Both the position numbers and the translations under genes were made by a program. Below the pieces are notes generated by a model. It was not told the origin of the DNA. It was given only the letters and a program-made list of their open reading frames with translations, and did no database searches. A stretch of 64,000 bases of DNA, from the NCBI RefSeq assembly GCF_006345805.1, contig NW_021832564.1, positions 35,257-99,256 of the forward strand, written 5' to 3'. Below are positions 12,258 to 25,474 of the stretch, in pieces; the stretch's first letter is position 1; every line of letters starts with the position of its first letter. This DNA is from Octopus sinensis (taxonomy: Eukaryota).

Positions 12258-12904
12258 CTATATTATATATATATATGTAGTATATATACTGTATATTCTA
12301 TGTATGTATGTATGTATGTATATATACTATATATTAAATATATATATATATATATATATAAAATATCTATATATATATATATATATATACGCGCGCACAC
12401 AATGTATGTCTATGTTTCGTTCAAGGAATCTGGTGAAGGTCATGAGATTTGACCGCCGACGAGAGTTACCTCCCCCTGACTCAACAAAGACGCCTCAACG
12501 TCAATTATTGTAATATTTTATCGCAGATTATCTTCGCTCCCAATTGATTTCCTAACCCAGCCACACCAGACACGCCGGGGTAGGCTCTATTCCGAAGAGA
12601 GGAAAGGGAATTTAGACCCTGTGTTTCTTTTTGGTGTTGTTGTTTTTTCTAAAACTAGACACTATCGATGAGTAACGTCCCTGGGGTTACGAGGTTAAGG
12701 GATTTGGTTGGTGGTGGGAAGCAGACGTGGAACCAAGCCTCATTCTTTTCTCTGTATTTCAAGAATGGAAGTTTTACAACGCCACTATTGTATACACACA
12801 TTCGCGCGTTCGAGCAATATATACGGGGTGGGGGTGGAGGAGTTATGTGTATATGTATGCATATACGTATACACACACACACACACACACACACATACAT
12901 ATAT

Positions 12905-13292
12905 ACTCGTTTACTCATTTACTTGTTTCAGTCATTTGACTGCGGCCTTGCTGGAGCACCGCCTTTAGTCGAGCAAATCGACCCCGGGACTTATTCTTTG
13001 TAAGCCCAGTACTTATTCTATCGGTTTCTTTTGCCGAACCGCTATATTACGGGGACGTAAACACACCACCATCGGTTGTCAAGCAATGCGAGGGGGACAA
13101 ACACAGACACACAAACACACACATACATATATATATGTATATATACATATATACGACAGGCTTCTTTCAGTTTCCGTCTACCAAATCCACTCACAAGGCA
13201 TCGGTCGGCCCGGGGCTATAACAGAAGACACTTGCCCAAGATGTCACGCAGTGGGTCTGAACCCGGAACCATGTGGTTGGTTAGCAAGCTAC
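12905..13292 (-). mobile_element. SINE family A, near full length
   Basis: Reverse complement of family A; head truncated at (TA)n. Confidence 0.9.
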
Positions 13293-13317
13293 AACATATA
13301 TATATATATATATTCTT

Positions 13318-13540
13318 TTATTCTTTTATTCTTTTACTTGTTTCATTCATTAGACTGCGGCCATGCTGGGGCACTGCCTTGAAGAATTTTTAGTCGGAAG
13401 AATCAACCCCAGTGCTTATTTATATTCCTCCTGGTACGTATTCTATCGGTTTAATTCGCCGAACCGCTAAGTTGCAGGGACGTAAATACACCAACGCCGG
13501 TTGTCAAGCAGTGGTAGTAGGAACAAACACAGACACACAA
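13318..13540 (-). mobile_element. SINE family A, 3' half
   Basis: Tail module only, ending at (CA)n. Confidence 0.8.
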
Positions 13541-13555
13541 AGACACACACACACA

Positions 13556-13595
<40 letters not shown>

Positions 13596-13767
13596 GCATA
13601 CACACACACACACACATACACAATCACACATGCATATACAAAGACATAACAGAAGTAAATAGATACCACATAAAACCTCATTTTATGTTTTTTTCTAACT
13701 TTGTAAAGGTTTGTATTTTTTATTGATATTTTTTTATATTTCAGTTTCTATATGTGACTGTTTAATC

Positions 13768-13970
13768 CTGCCATGCACAAAAGAAGCCGTAGAACTGTCT
13801 GGATTTCAAAGAGGCCGTATCGTGGGTCATGCTAAAGGTGGACATAGTCAGCGTAAAATCGCAGAAAACCTGAGGATCCACATTTCGGTCAGTTAGCAGA
13901 GTGATTGTGCAATTCACCAGAGAGAAGAAGGAGTCCACAACATCTCGCCCAGATCAACCAGGGACCTCTG
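13768..13970 (+). mobile_element. Tc1-like transposase N-terminal HTH fragment
   Basis: ELSGFQRGRIVGHAKGGHSQRKIAENLRI..S..RVIVQFTRE..STTSRP; frameshifted. Confidence 0.75.
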
Positions 13971-13981
13971 GCAGGGCCCTT

Positions 13982-14028
<47 letters not shown>

Positions 14029-14036
14029 GTGTGTGT

Positions 14037-14690
14037 GAGCTGACAGAATCGTTAGCACGTCGGGCGAAATGCCTAGCGGTATTTCGGCTGCCATTACGTT
14101 GTGAATTCAAATTCCGCCCAGGTCGACTTTGCCTTTCATCCTTTCGGGGTCGATAAATTAAGTACCAGTTACGCACTGGGGTCGATGTAATCGACTTAAT
14201 ACCTATGTTTGTCCCCTCTATGTTTAGCCCCTTGTGGGTAATAAAGAAATAGGTATTGTGGTGTGTCTTATAAAGGAATTAGGTGGGCGAAAACTGCGAG
14301 CTGGCAGAAACGTTAGCACGCCGGGCGAAACGCTTAGCAGTATTTCGTCTACCGTTATGTTCTGAGTTCAAATTCTACCGAGGTCGACTTTGCCTTTCAT
14401 CCTTTCGGGGTCGATTAAATAAGTACCAGTTACGCACTGGGGTCGATATAATCGACTTAATCCTTTTGTCTGTCCTTGTTTGTCCTCTCTGTGTGTAGCC
14501 CCTTGTGGGTAGTAAAGAAATAGGTATTTCGTCTGTCTTTACGTTCTGAGTTCAAATTCCGCCGAGGTTGACTTTGCCTTTCATCCTTTCGAGGTCGATA
14601 AATTAAGTACGAGTTGCGTACTGGAGTCGATCAAATCGATTGGCCCTCTCCCCCAAAATTTCGGGCCTTGTGCTTAGAGTAGAAAAGAAA
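14037..14690 (+). mobile_element. Cluster of three SINE family C copies (14037-14251, 14296-14522, 14523-14690)
   Basis: tRNA-like head gcgagctggcagaaacgttagc; body gtcgactttgcctttcatcctttcggggtcgataaattaagtaccag resembling the Meta/MESC SINE domain; two tail types. Confidence 0.9.
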
Positions 14691-15258
14691 ACTACGGAAG
14701 CCCGTTATGAGTGTATGCATGCATGTGTGTGTGTATGTGTGTGTATGTGTGTGAGCTTCTCCCATTGCTTGACAACCGGTGTTGGTTTGCTAATATCCCC
14801 GTAACTTAGCAGCCCTGCAAAAAGAGACTGACAGAGTAAGTATCAAACTTTAGAATTAGAGCAGGGGTCGGATTAATCGACCGAAACCTTCAGGGTCCGA
14901 TGACTGCAAAAGGTATGGAAGAATATATGAATATATGCGTGCATGAACCTTTGTATTTCACTATCATAGACGACGTATTCTTTTCGGTGATGGGCATCAA
15001 CGGAGCGACGGTCACTGTTATTTCTCTCCTTCCAGTGTTGTACGATCAAGACATATTCAAAACATTTAAGACGTCGAACGGACGAAGACCTACATGGTCA
15101 CTCAATCTGCTATAAACAACAGCCATACCTCCCTCGAATTACACCACATCCTTTTAAAAAGGTAAAGATACTTTGTATAATTCAATCTGAGGTGGAGAGG
15201 AGCCTTTGATTGCAGGCCAGCTTAGAGAGAGGGAGGGGAGTGAGTGAGAGAGACAGAC

Positions 15259-15292
<34 letters not shown>

Positions 15293-15293
15293 C

Positions 15294-15354
<61 letters not shown>

Positions 15355-16669
15355 TAGTCTGTGTGCGTGTCTGTGTGTGTGTGTGCATATATGTGAGTAG
15401 ACAGTCTGGAGAAGACCAGTTAATATTCAAATATGTCTTAATATCTAGCAGAGAACATCAATTTATGGCGTATAGGAAACCCAAGATCAGGCACCTTCAT
15501 TACTAAATACATAAATTAATGCTTTATTTGATATATTTCCTCAAATATATTTCTCTCTCCTCACTCGCTCTCTCTTTCTCTTTATATATATATACACGCA
15601 CATGATGGAAATTTTAATTAAATGTTTGCCATATTAGTTCTATATTAAGAGACATTCTATATTTCTAAAGAATTAAAATACCACAAATCATGGATCTAAG
15701 ACACACTCATTCATACAATTATGGGAAAATTTTGGAAAAGATTCATTGGGAAATGACGGTGTTGTTCCAGGACGAACAGACACCGGTGATTATAGATATA
15801 GACTATGAGAAATGAATTCGATGCGTAACTGATATGCGTTATCCCTTAGGAAGACAAACCCTAATGAAATTATCAAATTCCTTCTAGAGTTTAAAATTAT
15901 CTACACTTTAACAAACCAAATCCTATTTGTATATTCACAAGTAGCACTCGGTAGACGCGTCGCCCTTATCCATAACAAAACAAACCAGTTATTTCCCTCT
16001 GTTGATGTGGGACTTGACATCGAGTGCAGTCTCATCTGATAACCAACCGATTCCTATTCATTCTTCTTTCCAATACAGCAGTGAAAGTAATAAACTTTCG
16101 ACAGAGCGAATCTCAAATTAAATTTCTGTTCCTGGTTATGGCTGTTTCACTTAGCTTTTTCACATCCATCCACTCTTGGGAATAAATACACGGATTTGTA
16201 CTTAAGAACTTCATTTCACAACTACACTCTTTCGGGTTCGATATCCCGTCTGAAATTTATGGCAAACGTCTTATTTCATAACCTAGGGTCGACCAAAGAT
16301 TTTTTTTAATTTAATCTTTTCATGACTCCCTTGGAAAGTTCATGGGTGTACAGTTAAGTGATTAATTTCACAACTACATGTTTCCGAGTTCGATATTTCT
16401 GTGTGATACCGTAGCAAGTTTCCTCTTTTATAACCTTTGATCGACCAAGTCTTTGAAAATGAAATTTTCATGAACCGAAACCGTCAAGTAAACACCGTTT
16501 AAATCCTTTTCCTGGTTTTAATATCCGACTGCCCTTTGAGTACCTTTACAACTTACAAACAAACATACAGGCCAGAACTCCAGTTTGGGTATAACTCCTT
16601 TTCTTTCTCCCACAAGTTTCTAAGACCCTGAAAACAGTCGAAGTGTGCTGCCTCGCCACCTCTAATTAA

Positions 16670-17055
16670 ACTGAACATGACCCTTAGTAGCTGATGATAT
16701 GTGCATCTCTGACCACGAGCAGGAGTAGGGGCGGGCAGCATTATAGCCATGTGTTGAGAAGAATTCTTTGGTGTTTGAATAATTCACCCCTGGAAACATA
16801 GGCGATTCGTTCATCATCCTTAAACAACCTTTTGAATGGGATGGGTTACTCGACCTGAAGAAATTTCTAACTGGGCCCCACCTTCAAGGTCATACATTGT
16901 TTAACTCTGATATGAGGTCACCATGTCACGCACTCATACTTGTGATGCATGTGCCAGGTGTACCCTTATCAGACGGGTAGTCATGATGGATATATTGGGC
17001 TTCGTATATTTGAACACCCAGTGTCACTTTGATGGCATGCACTGCTCTCTCACTC
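16670..17055 (+). repeat. Repeat family E (no tRNA head), ends at (AAT)n; likely the 3' UTR of an R4/Dong-like element
   Basis: 16715-16830 matches 17546-17675; 3' end ctctctcactc followed by aataataat. Confidence 0.6.
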
Positions 17056-17070
17056 AATAATAATATTATA

Positions 17071-17403
17071 GACAAAATTACCAGAATGTTGGCAATGGTG
17101 AGAGTAACTGTTATCCCAGTAGTTGTAGGGGGAAATCGGAACACTAACAACTAGGTTCGAGTGATATGTCGGAGAAATTGGAATTGACATAAGGGCAGAG
17201 CAGGCCCAGAAAACTGCTCTTTTGGGGACAGCTTGGATTTTGAGATTAGTGATTCGGTGTTAAGTGTCTTCCATGATAAATTAATATCCAAGTACCAAAG
17301 ATTATAATTTGCGGGAAAAGGCCCTGTGAAACCTCTGACAACAGGTTGCTGTCCGCTCTCACAGAATCATCCAGAGCATGGAAGATCGAGAGCTCTGAGA
17401 AGC
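17071..17403 (+). mobile_element. R4/Dong-like LINE 3' fragment (type 4)
   Basis: VTVIPVVVGG..T..RFE*YVGEIGIDIRAEQAQKTAL.GTA.ILRLVIRC*; flanked by aataataat on both sides. Confidence 0.8.
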
Positions 17404-17477
17404 AAAATAATAATGATGATGATGATAAGATGATGATGATGATGATGATGATAATGATGATGATGATGATGATGATT

Positions 17478-17527
<50 letters not shown>

Positions 17528-17545
17528 AAAAATAATAATAATAAT

Positions 17546-17675
17546 TGATCATGAGCAGAAGTAGTGGGGGAGCATCATAGCCATGTGTTGAGAGGGATTC
17601 TTTGGGGTTTGAATAATTCACCTCTGGAAACATGGGTGTTTCGTTCAACATCCTTAAACAACCCTTATTCAGGGA
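17546..17675 (+). repeat. Family E internal fragment starting after (AAT)n
   Basis: Homologous to 16715-16830; followed directly by SINE A. Confidence 0.7.
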
Positions 17676-18025
17676 CAAGTGTGTTCTACTATAGCCTCAG
17701 GCCGACCAAAGCCTTGTGAGTGGATTTGGTAGACGGAAACTGAAAGAAGCCCGTCGTATTTGTGTGTGTGTGTGTGTGTGTGGTGTGTGTGTGTGTGTGT
17801 GTGTGCGTGTGTGTGTGTGTGTATTTGTGTTTGTCCCCTCAACATCGCTTGACAATCGATGCTGGTGTGTTTACATTCCCGTAATTTAGCGGTTCGGCAA
17901 GAGAGGCCGATGGAATAAGTACTAGGCTTACAAAGAATAAGTCCTGGGCGCGATTTGTTCCAATAAAGGCGGTGCTGCAGCATGGTCGCAGTCAGATGAC
18001 TGAAACAAGTATAGGAGTAAAAGAG
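17676..18025 (+). mobile_element. SINE family A, 5'-truncated
   Basis: Body, internal (GT)n and tail match family A. Confidence 0.85.
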
Positions 18026-18231
18026 AGTTTAAGATGAAATAATGATGCTGACCCTTTGAATTCCAAATAGACTCCTGAAGACAGTCGTCCACAGTTTCCC
18101 CTATATCCAATTACAAGATGTGGAGCTAACCGAGACTGTGTCCAGGGTAGAGCGTAAGGGAATCGAACTCAGAACATCGTGAGTACAGAATGACTTCTTA
18201 ATTATTCGACCAACGGTTTATAATGCACATT

Positions 18232-18461
18232 ATAAGGCGGCGAGCTGGCAGAAACGTTAGCACGCCGGACGAAATGCTTAGCGGTATTTCGTCTGCGTTA
18301 TGTTGTGAGTTCAAATTCCGCCGAGGTCGACTTTGCCTTTCATCCTTTCGGGGTCGATAAATTAAGTACCAGTTACGCACTGGGGTCGATGTAATCGACT
18401 TAATACCTATGTCCTTGTTTGTCCCCTCTGTGTTTAGCCCCTTGTGGGTAATAAAGAATTA
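18232..18461 (+). mobile_element. SINE family C, full length
   Basis: 17-bp TSD ggtttataatgcacatt (18215-18231 / 18462-18478). Confidence 0.92.
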
Positions 18462-19154
18462 GGTTTATAATGCACATTCATAAAAAAAAAAGTCGCCAGT
18501 GAAAAGATACGAACCCACGACCTTTATAATTCCCTGTGGTCCGGTAACTTTTCCGCGTTTTGCATAACTCTATAATTCTGTGCGTTCTCTTGTTTTTGTT
18601 CTTTTCTTTTTTCTTTTTTTTTTTTAACGTTTCTGTGCGTTTTACGATGGAAAAACGAAAACACCCTGAAAATAAATTACAGCAAATGGCGGAAAATATA
18701 CAAAACCTTCGAAGCAAAGTGTGTGTGCGCACGTGCGTGTGTATAGACGTATGTGCGGGTGTGGTGAGTTAGAGACAGGATGACGAGGAGGTATTTTTAT
18801 GTAAAACTCCTGTTGCACTCACATGACCTTAAAGAAACTATATTGTTAGTACCCCCGCAGACTGGAGCCCATTCCAACCGTGGCAGTACAATGAAGTCTT
18901 TCAGATATTCAGTGCTCCTGGACACAATCCAAACATTGTTAGCAAGTTGGTCTGCGGAAAATAATCTCTACTTAATATTGATTTCGTTCGTTGAAGTACA
19001 AGGAACTGTTTTGTTGCTGTCAGGATCTAAATAATGAACCAGCTAAATTCCATGTTGTTTAACCACAGGTCAGCGTTCAGCAAGCAGTTCTAGGTTCAGA
19101 AACATTGAGACTATGATCATACTGACCATCCACCTTTTTTCTGAATCAGCGACT

Positions 19155-19544
19155 GGATGGAAGCACTCCGTCGGTAACGACGATGAGGGTTCCGGTTGAT
19201 CCGAATCAACGGAACAGCCTGCTCGTGAAATTAACGTGTAAGTGGCTGAGCACTCCACAGATACGTGCACCCTTAACGTAGTTCTCGGGGATATTCAGCG
19301 TGACACAGAGAGTGACAAGGCCGGCCCCTTGAAATACAGGTACAACAGAACCAGGAAGTAAGAGTGAGAGAAAGTTGTGGTGAAAGAGTACAGCAGGGAT
19401 CACCACCATCCCCTGCCGGAGCCTCGTGGAGCTTTTAGGTGTTTTCCCTCAATAAACACTCACAACGCCCGGTCTGGGAATCGAAACCGCGATCTTATGA
19501 CCGCGAGTCCGCTGCCCTAACCACTGGGCCATTGCGCCTCCACT
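19155..19544 (-). mobile_element. SINE family B, full length
   Basis: tRNA head gaggcgcaatggcccagtggttagggc..ttcgattccc; 13-bp TSD tgaatcagcgact. Confidence 0.92.
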
Positions 19545-20480
19545 TGAATCAGCGACTACTACATCGTCCAATGTAGCCTTCTTTGTTTACAATGGTAAAG
19601 ATTATTTGAGGAACATTGTATTATTATCGTTTATAATGGTTCGACCAATCGTATCGAGGTTCCTTCATCGATTTTTATTCTTTTTGCTGTTTAATCACAG
19701 ATCAGCCCTGATCAAGGACGTATATAACTAGAGACATTCCATGCAAGCCCATCCTAACTTCTTTTTATAAATTCCAAACCTTATTCTAAAAAGATGTCAA
19801 GATGAGATTTAAGGCAGATTTGGTTGCTATTTCTTGCAGGTTGAGCAACCACATAGCCGCTCCCTAGTTGGGTTAGCAAGGAGCCTACATCTGGCTGTAA
19901 TGAGTTCTTTGCCACAAAAGTTAACATTGATGTCTCATATAAGATCGTCTTATTTTCCATAGGTGGATATTGGCAGTTAAGTCGGCTGTAATCATTAAAA
20001 ATCACTGCTAAATATTCTGGCCATCCATAGAAATGAATGTATGAACTCAAAACTAATGGAGCCAAAGCTTGAAAGGCGACAATGGGTGGGATCTGGTGAT
20101 TTGGCTGTTTGATACCTTATAAACTTAACCCAACGGATTAGTGGTTTTTCTCCCATCTACACAGGGACTTACAGGCAAATCGATCCCCAGTTCACGATTG
20201 ATGCGTGTTTTATTGATCAAAGGAAAGTGGAGTTTAAAGAGAGTTAGTCTTTGGGAAGTTGAAGTCAGAGCATAGATATATGCAAGCGATTTTAAGTACG
20301 GTTTTACTGTATGGCACTTTGACTAAGTGTAGAAAACATTCAGTCAAAGTACCATACAGAAAGCCTGAGTGGAATTGGTAAACAGAAACCAAAAGAAACC
20401 CGTCGTGAGTATATATATATGTATATATAAAGAAAACAGAAAATGGAGAAATATTGATGAACAACAATTATTATTTAATA

Positions 20481-20854
20481 GGAGGCGCAATGGCCCAGGG
20501 GTTAGGGCAGCGGACTCGCGGTCATAGGATCGCGGTTTCGATTCCCAGACCGGGCGTTGTGAGTGTTTATTGAGCGAAAAAACCTAAAGCTCCACGAGGC
20601 TCCGGCAGGGGATGGTGGTGATCCCTGCTGTACTCTTTCACCACAACTCTCTCTCACTCTTACTTCCTGTTTCTGTTGTACCTGTATTTCAAAGAGCCGG
20701 CTCTCTGTGTCACGCTGAATATCCCCGAGAACTACGTTAAGGGTACACGTGTCTGTGGAGTACTCAGCCACTTACACGTTAATTTCACGAGCAGGCTGTT
20801 CCGTTGATTCGGACCAACCGGAACCCTCGTCGTCGTAACCGACGGAGTGCTTCC
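20481..20854 (+). mobile_element. SINE family B, full length
   Basis: 11-bp TSD attatttaata; reverse complement of 19155-19544. Confidence 0.92.
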
Positions 20855-20878
20855 ATTATTTAATAATTCAAAACAAAA

Positions 20879-21120
20879 AGACTGCATCCCATCTAACAGC
20901 TGTTTCTGCCTCTGATGCTGTATGATATTGTTATTGATATACTAAAAAGTATTTATCATATTTGGTAATAAAACCGATTTCTTTTATTTATTCTTCATTC
21001 TAGTGAAGCTCTATGTTTCAGACCGGCTTCATTACCAAATATGATAAATATTTTTAGCATATCAAAGGCAGTACCATACAACATTCGAAACAGAAACGGC
21101 TGTTAGATGGGGTGCAGTCT
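20879..21120. repeat. Imperfect inverted repeat, about 97-bp arms (20879-20976 / 21024-21120)
   Basis: agactgcatcccatctaacagctgtttctg...atttatcatatttggtaat is mirrored; roughly 80% identity by eye. Confidence 0.8.
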
Positions 21121-21369
21121 ATTTGTATTGAATTAATAAATAATAATTGATTTAAGTCAATTGTTGTTCATCAATATTTCTCCATTTTCCGTTTTCTTTA
21201 AATTTTGATTCTTGAAAAGACTCATGTTTATCCAGGTCTTCACCTATAATTTATGAGCATGATATGCTTGCATATGTATGCCTGAGGTTAAACATAGATA
21301 ATATACCAGTAGTGTAATGGATACTTCTATCCCTTAGGCGGTTACTTTAACCTCTAACTCAGCAAGCCT

Positions 21370-21395
21370 ATATATATATATATATATTATATATG

Positions 21396-21427
<32 letters not shown>

Positions 21428-21440
21428 TGTATATATATGT

Positions 21441-21474
<34 letters not shown>

Positions 21475-21485
21475 ATATACATATC

Positions 21486-21544
<59 letters not shown>

Positions 21545-21697
21545 CATATATATATGTGTACATATATATATATGTATATATATATGTATGTATACATATA
21601 TATATATACATATATATATATGTGTATATATATATATATGTATATATATATGTATATATACATATATATATATATACATATATATATACATACATAT

Positions 21698-21782
<85 letters not shown>
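21370..21782. repeat. Large (TA)n/(TATG)n microsatellite; similar arrays at 11850-12390 and 55320-56450
   Basis: Direct reading; source of many spurious Y/I ORFs. Confidence 0.95.
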
Positions 21783-21783
<1 letters not shown>

Positions 21784-23925
21784 GTCAGTTGATCATATAT
21801 CCGGAAAAGCATAGAGCAGTAATGTATTCACAATGAGTTAAGTATATGTCCGGTCATAGAGTGACCAATAGAGTGAACAAGAATTCTTAAAAACTCCCTG
21901 GACTCAAACCTCTCTTAAATTCTAGACATGAGAGCTATAGTCCCTGCTCCTATTTGAAGCGCTACATACTGCGAGCATGGGATTCCCCATCTGTTGATTA
22001 TAGCCGGAAAAGTCCTCGCAGACTGGAAACAGCTTAAGGGCAGAGATTCCCTGTTGTTCGCCCCTTAAGTCCATTAGACTTGCCAAATGAACTGGTCTGA
22101 GGAAAATAACTCGTCCTGGGTTTACCTTAAACTATTGGTCACTCTAAGACTTTAACTTCATGCAACTATACATACATACATACATACATACATACATACA
22201 TACATACATACATACATACATACATACATACATACATACACACACACACACGACGGGATTCTTTCAGTTTCTGTTTACATATCAAAACAGAAGACTGGAA
22301 GATGTTTTGCCATAGTCTCCTGTTTTGATGAGATTAATTTGCAAAAGCTATTTTCCCCGTATTTTTCAACTGTGATGCATACCAAACGCAATTATAACAA
22401 TCTACAAATGGACTTTGGCGGATTGGAATACGCAGATGTGCTTCAAGAGGACACAGCATGGATCAAGACCCTATCTACACACTAAATATACAGAGAGATA
22501 TGTGTTCTACCACCGCTTGACAGCCGGTGTTGGTTTGTTTGCATTCTCGTAATCTAGCAGATCGGCAACAGAGACCGATAGAATAAATACCAGGCTTACA
22601 AAATAGTTCTAGAGTCGATGTGCTCGACTAAATCCTTCAACGCGGTGCCCCAGCATGGCCGCAGTGCAATGGCTGAAACAAGTAAAGAAATAAAAGATAT
22701 TCTTTTTTGGAGCCCCTGGCTTTTGGCGGAGAGGTAGGGTCACCTTCTTGACAAACGACGTGTTTTGAGTATTTGGAATCTGACGGGTTTATCCTCTCCA
22801 GGTTTAAAGAAGACAATTTCTTCCAAAGAGAAAAATAAAAGTAAAAAGAAGGAAAAAAAAGAATCGCCCTAGTATTTGACTGGTACTTTATTTATCGACT
22901 CTGGGGAGTTGAAAGACAAAAGTAACATGAGCGGGATATTAACAAAGATTCCATAGAATCGGAACCAACGCCGCAAAACATTCTATACCACAATCGAATA
23001 ACTCGGTCAAATCACGCACGCTCACATTGTGTATGTATATCTGTGTGTGTGTACTCATGCACTCAATGTATGTATGTATGTATGAATGTATGTATGTATG
23101 TATGTATGTATGTATGTATGTATGTATGTATGTATGTATGTATGTATGCACGTATATGTATGTTAGTGAGTAAATATACATGTCGGTGGAGATGGAAAAA
23201 ACAAGACTGATTGAAATATAATGACGAGGTTTATTACATTTGCAAAAATTATTCTACCATTTATCGACTTGAAATTGCCAATTTAAAAAAAAAACGGTCT
23301 GAATAAGGAATATAAAAAAAAAACTAAACTCTCAATATTTGCTTAATTAAGAAATGTCTACGGCGACATGTCCGTCGTCTATCAAATGAAATCATTTCCG
23401 AATATTAGAACAATAGAACAAAGCAATATAGAACTTCCTGCAGATTATCTTAAGAAGGTCAAAGCGACATAGTTGTGGCTGAGCTTGTATTAAACAGAAA
23501 GTCGCTGTGCTGGGTGACGTCGTTTGGTTGTTCTGTTTCGGCGAATGGCTAATCTTCATATCGAACGTCAGCTATTGATAACAGATGTGCTATCAACGAG
23601 ATCCTACAGAGATTAGTTTTACTCTAAGTGCGAAGCATGATGCTGTGATTAAAAGAGCACATTTTTTTTCCTCATAAGCAGTAGCTAACTACTTTATTAA
23701 AACAAAATGATTGCCAGCTAATATTTCCTCCTTAACGAAGGATTAAATATGAAGGGTGTAGCGGGGAGAGCTTTAGTTCTTTAGATAAGGGGAAAAAAAC
23801 GTGGAGGAAACTAAACAGTGATGAATTGTGGTTGTCGTCTGGAAATTCAAACAGAAAATTTCGCTTTAAAGAATAGAGTTATCAATTCAGTGAATTATAA
23901 TTACCATCTGTTAATAATAATAATG

Positions 23926-24019
<94 letters not shown>

Positions 24020-24054
24020 TTAATAATATAATAATAATGATAATGATGATGATG

Positions 24055-24093
<39 letters not shown>

Positions 24094-24580
24094 GTTTATA
24101 GTGGAATGAGAATGATTTAGGATAAACAAAGAAGTAAATAGTGAATTTTGTCTTTTTATTTTCTACTTCAAAATTTAACAAGGTTGAATGAAAATTTGGG
24201 AATGTTTTTATGTTTTTTTTTACCGAAGAGAAAGTGGAGGGAAAAATGTTTAAATGTGTCTATAATTTATTTGGAAACCGAATAACAGAGGTCTTTGTCG
24301 TATTTCCTGTTCAATAACATGATAACAAACGAGGAAGTGTTTAGGGGAAAGCCATTAAGAAGCAGATTGGCGCTCTAGAAGATTCGGGGTCAGGGTTGAG
24401 TTAGACATTAAAACTAAGGAGAAAGAAAAAAAACTACAGGCCCAATTCCATTTGGCTCCAGAGATTTACAATGGGGCAGTTGCAGGGTGGAAGAAACCCC
24501 GCGGCATGGGAAAGACTTCCTCCTACCCCCCCTCTCCATTTACTTGCAAATTATTTGGGGGGGCCAAAAACGCACGTTTT

Positions 24581-24912
24581 CGGGTACGGAGATTTCGGAA
24601 AATTGCCAAAAATCGGTATTTTGAAATTTCTGGTCCCACTTCCCACCCTTACCCCCCACCGAATTTCTTCGTTTTTCATTTTTTCCGTAACCCTAACCGT
24701 AACCCCAAAACACCAACCCTAACCCTAAAACCCTAACTCTAACCATAACCCTAACTAGAAAAGTTTGGGGAAATTTTTTCGGCATATTTTGAAAAAAAAC
24801 AAAAGAATTTCTGAAAAAATTTTAAAATGAAGAATGTAGGGGATGGGGGAATTATAATTTCAAAATGGTGATTTTTACCAATTTTTTTGCAGATTCGTAT
24901 TTTCCGTAGCCG
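24581..24912. mobile_element. Foldback/MITE-like element with internal telomere-like (TAACCC)n array (24688-24755)
   Basis: Arms cgggtacgg..aaaattgccaaaaatcggtattttgaaa and tttcaaaatggtgatttttaccaatttt..ccgtagccg are imperfect reverse complements. Confidence 0.65.
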
Positions 24913-24939
24913 TAAGTTGTGTAGAAAAAAAAGGGGGGT

Positions 24940-25140
24940 GTTTCTTGTGGGGAGGACAAAAGGAAGTCTTTGCCGCGGCATACTCCGCACAAAATGGCTG
25001 GACGTGATTAAGGAAAATCTCCAGAGACTCGACGTTATCTTGGAGGATGCAAAGGGTCTGGCACGGGGTCCGCCAGCGATGGGGGTGGACCTGTTCGGCT
25101 CCACGCACAATGATACAGTTGGGACCGCTAACCAGGGATG
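24940..25140 (+). mobile_element. RTE-clade LINE 3' fragment (third family)
   Basis: GRTKGSLCRGILRTKWLDVIKENLQRLDVILEDAKGLAR (cf. G.RPRGRPR.RW.D.IKEDL). Confidence 0.7.
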
Positions 25141-25358
25141 ACCCCCAGCCCCATCAAAGCAAGAGCATGACCTGAGCTGTCGGGAGTATTTCTTATTGCT
25201 TCTATTCCCACTGAGTCACCGAAATGTAATGTCCACGGCAATAACAAACACAATTCCAGTGATTCAGGCCTAGGTTATCCAACTAAACATTATCTTCTTC
25301 CTCCTTTGCAGATCCAACCTCTTTTTTTTAAAACATGTTTAAGTATTTACTTAAATTT

Positions 25359-25359
<1 letters not shown>

Positions 25360-25401
<42 letters not shown>

Positions 25402-25429
25402 CATCATCAACATCATCATCAATATTATA

Positions 25430-25474
<45 letters not shown>

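Noticed and set aside
12430-12462. ctggtga-a-ggtca(loop)tgacc hairpin resembling an HHR core plus stem II
   Set aside because: GAAA and cleavage triplet are missing and the core is non-canonical
12527-12579. 53-nt plus-strand exon candidate
   Set aside because: No recognisable peptide; moderate splice signals only
16692-16712. ctgatga in family E
   Set aside because: No downstream GAAA or stem III
18830-19000. Possible hAT transposase remnant (FRYSVLLDT)
   Set aside because: Single short motif, insufficient support
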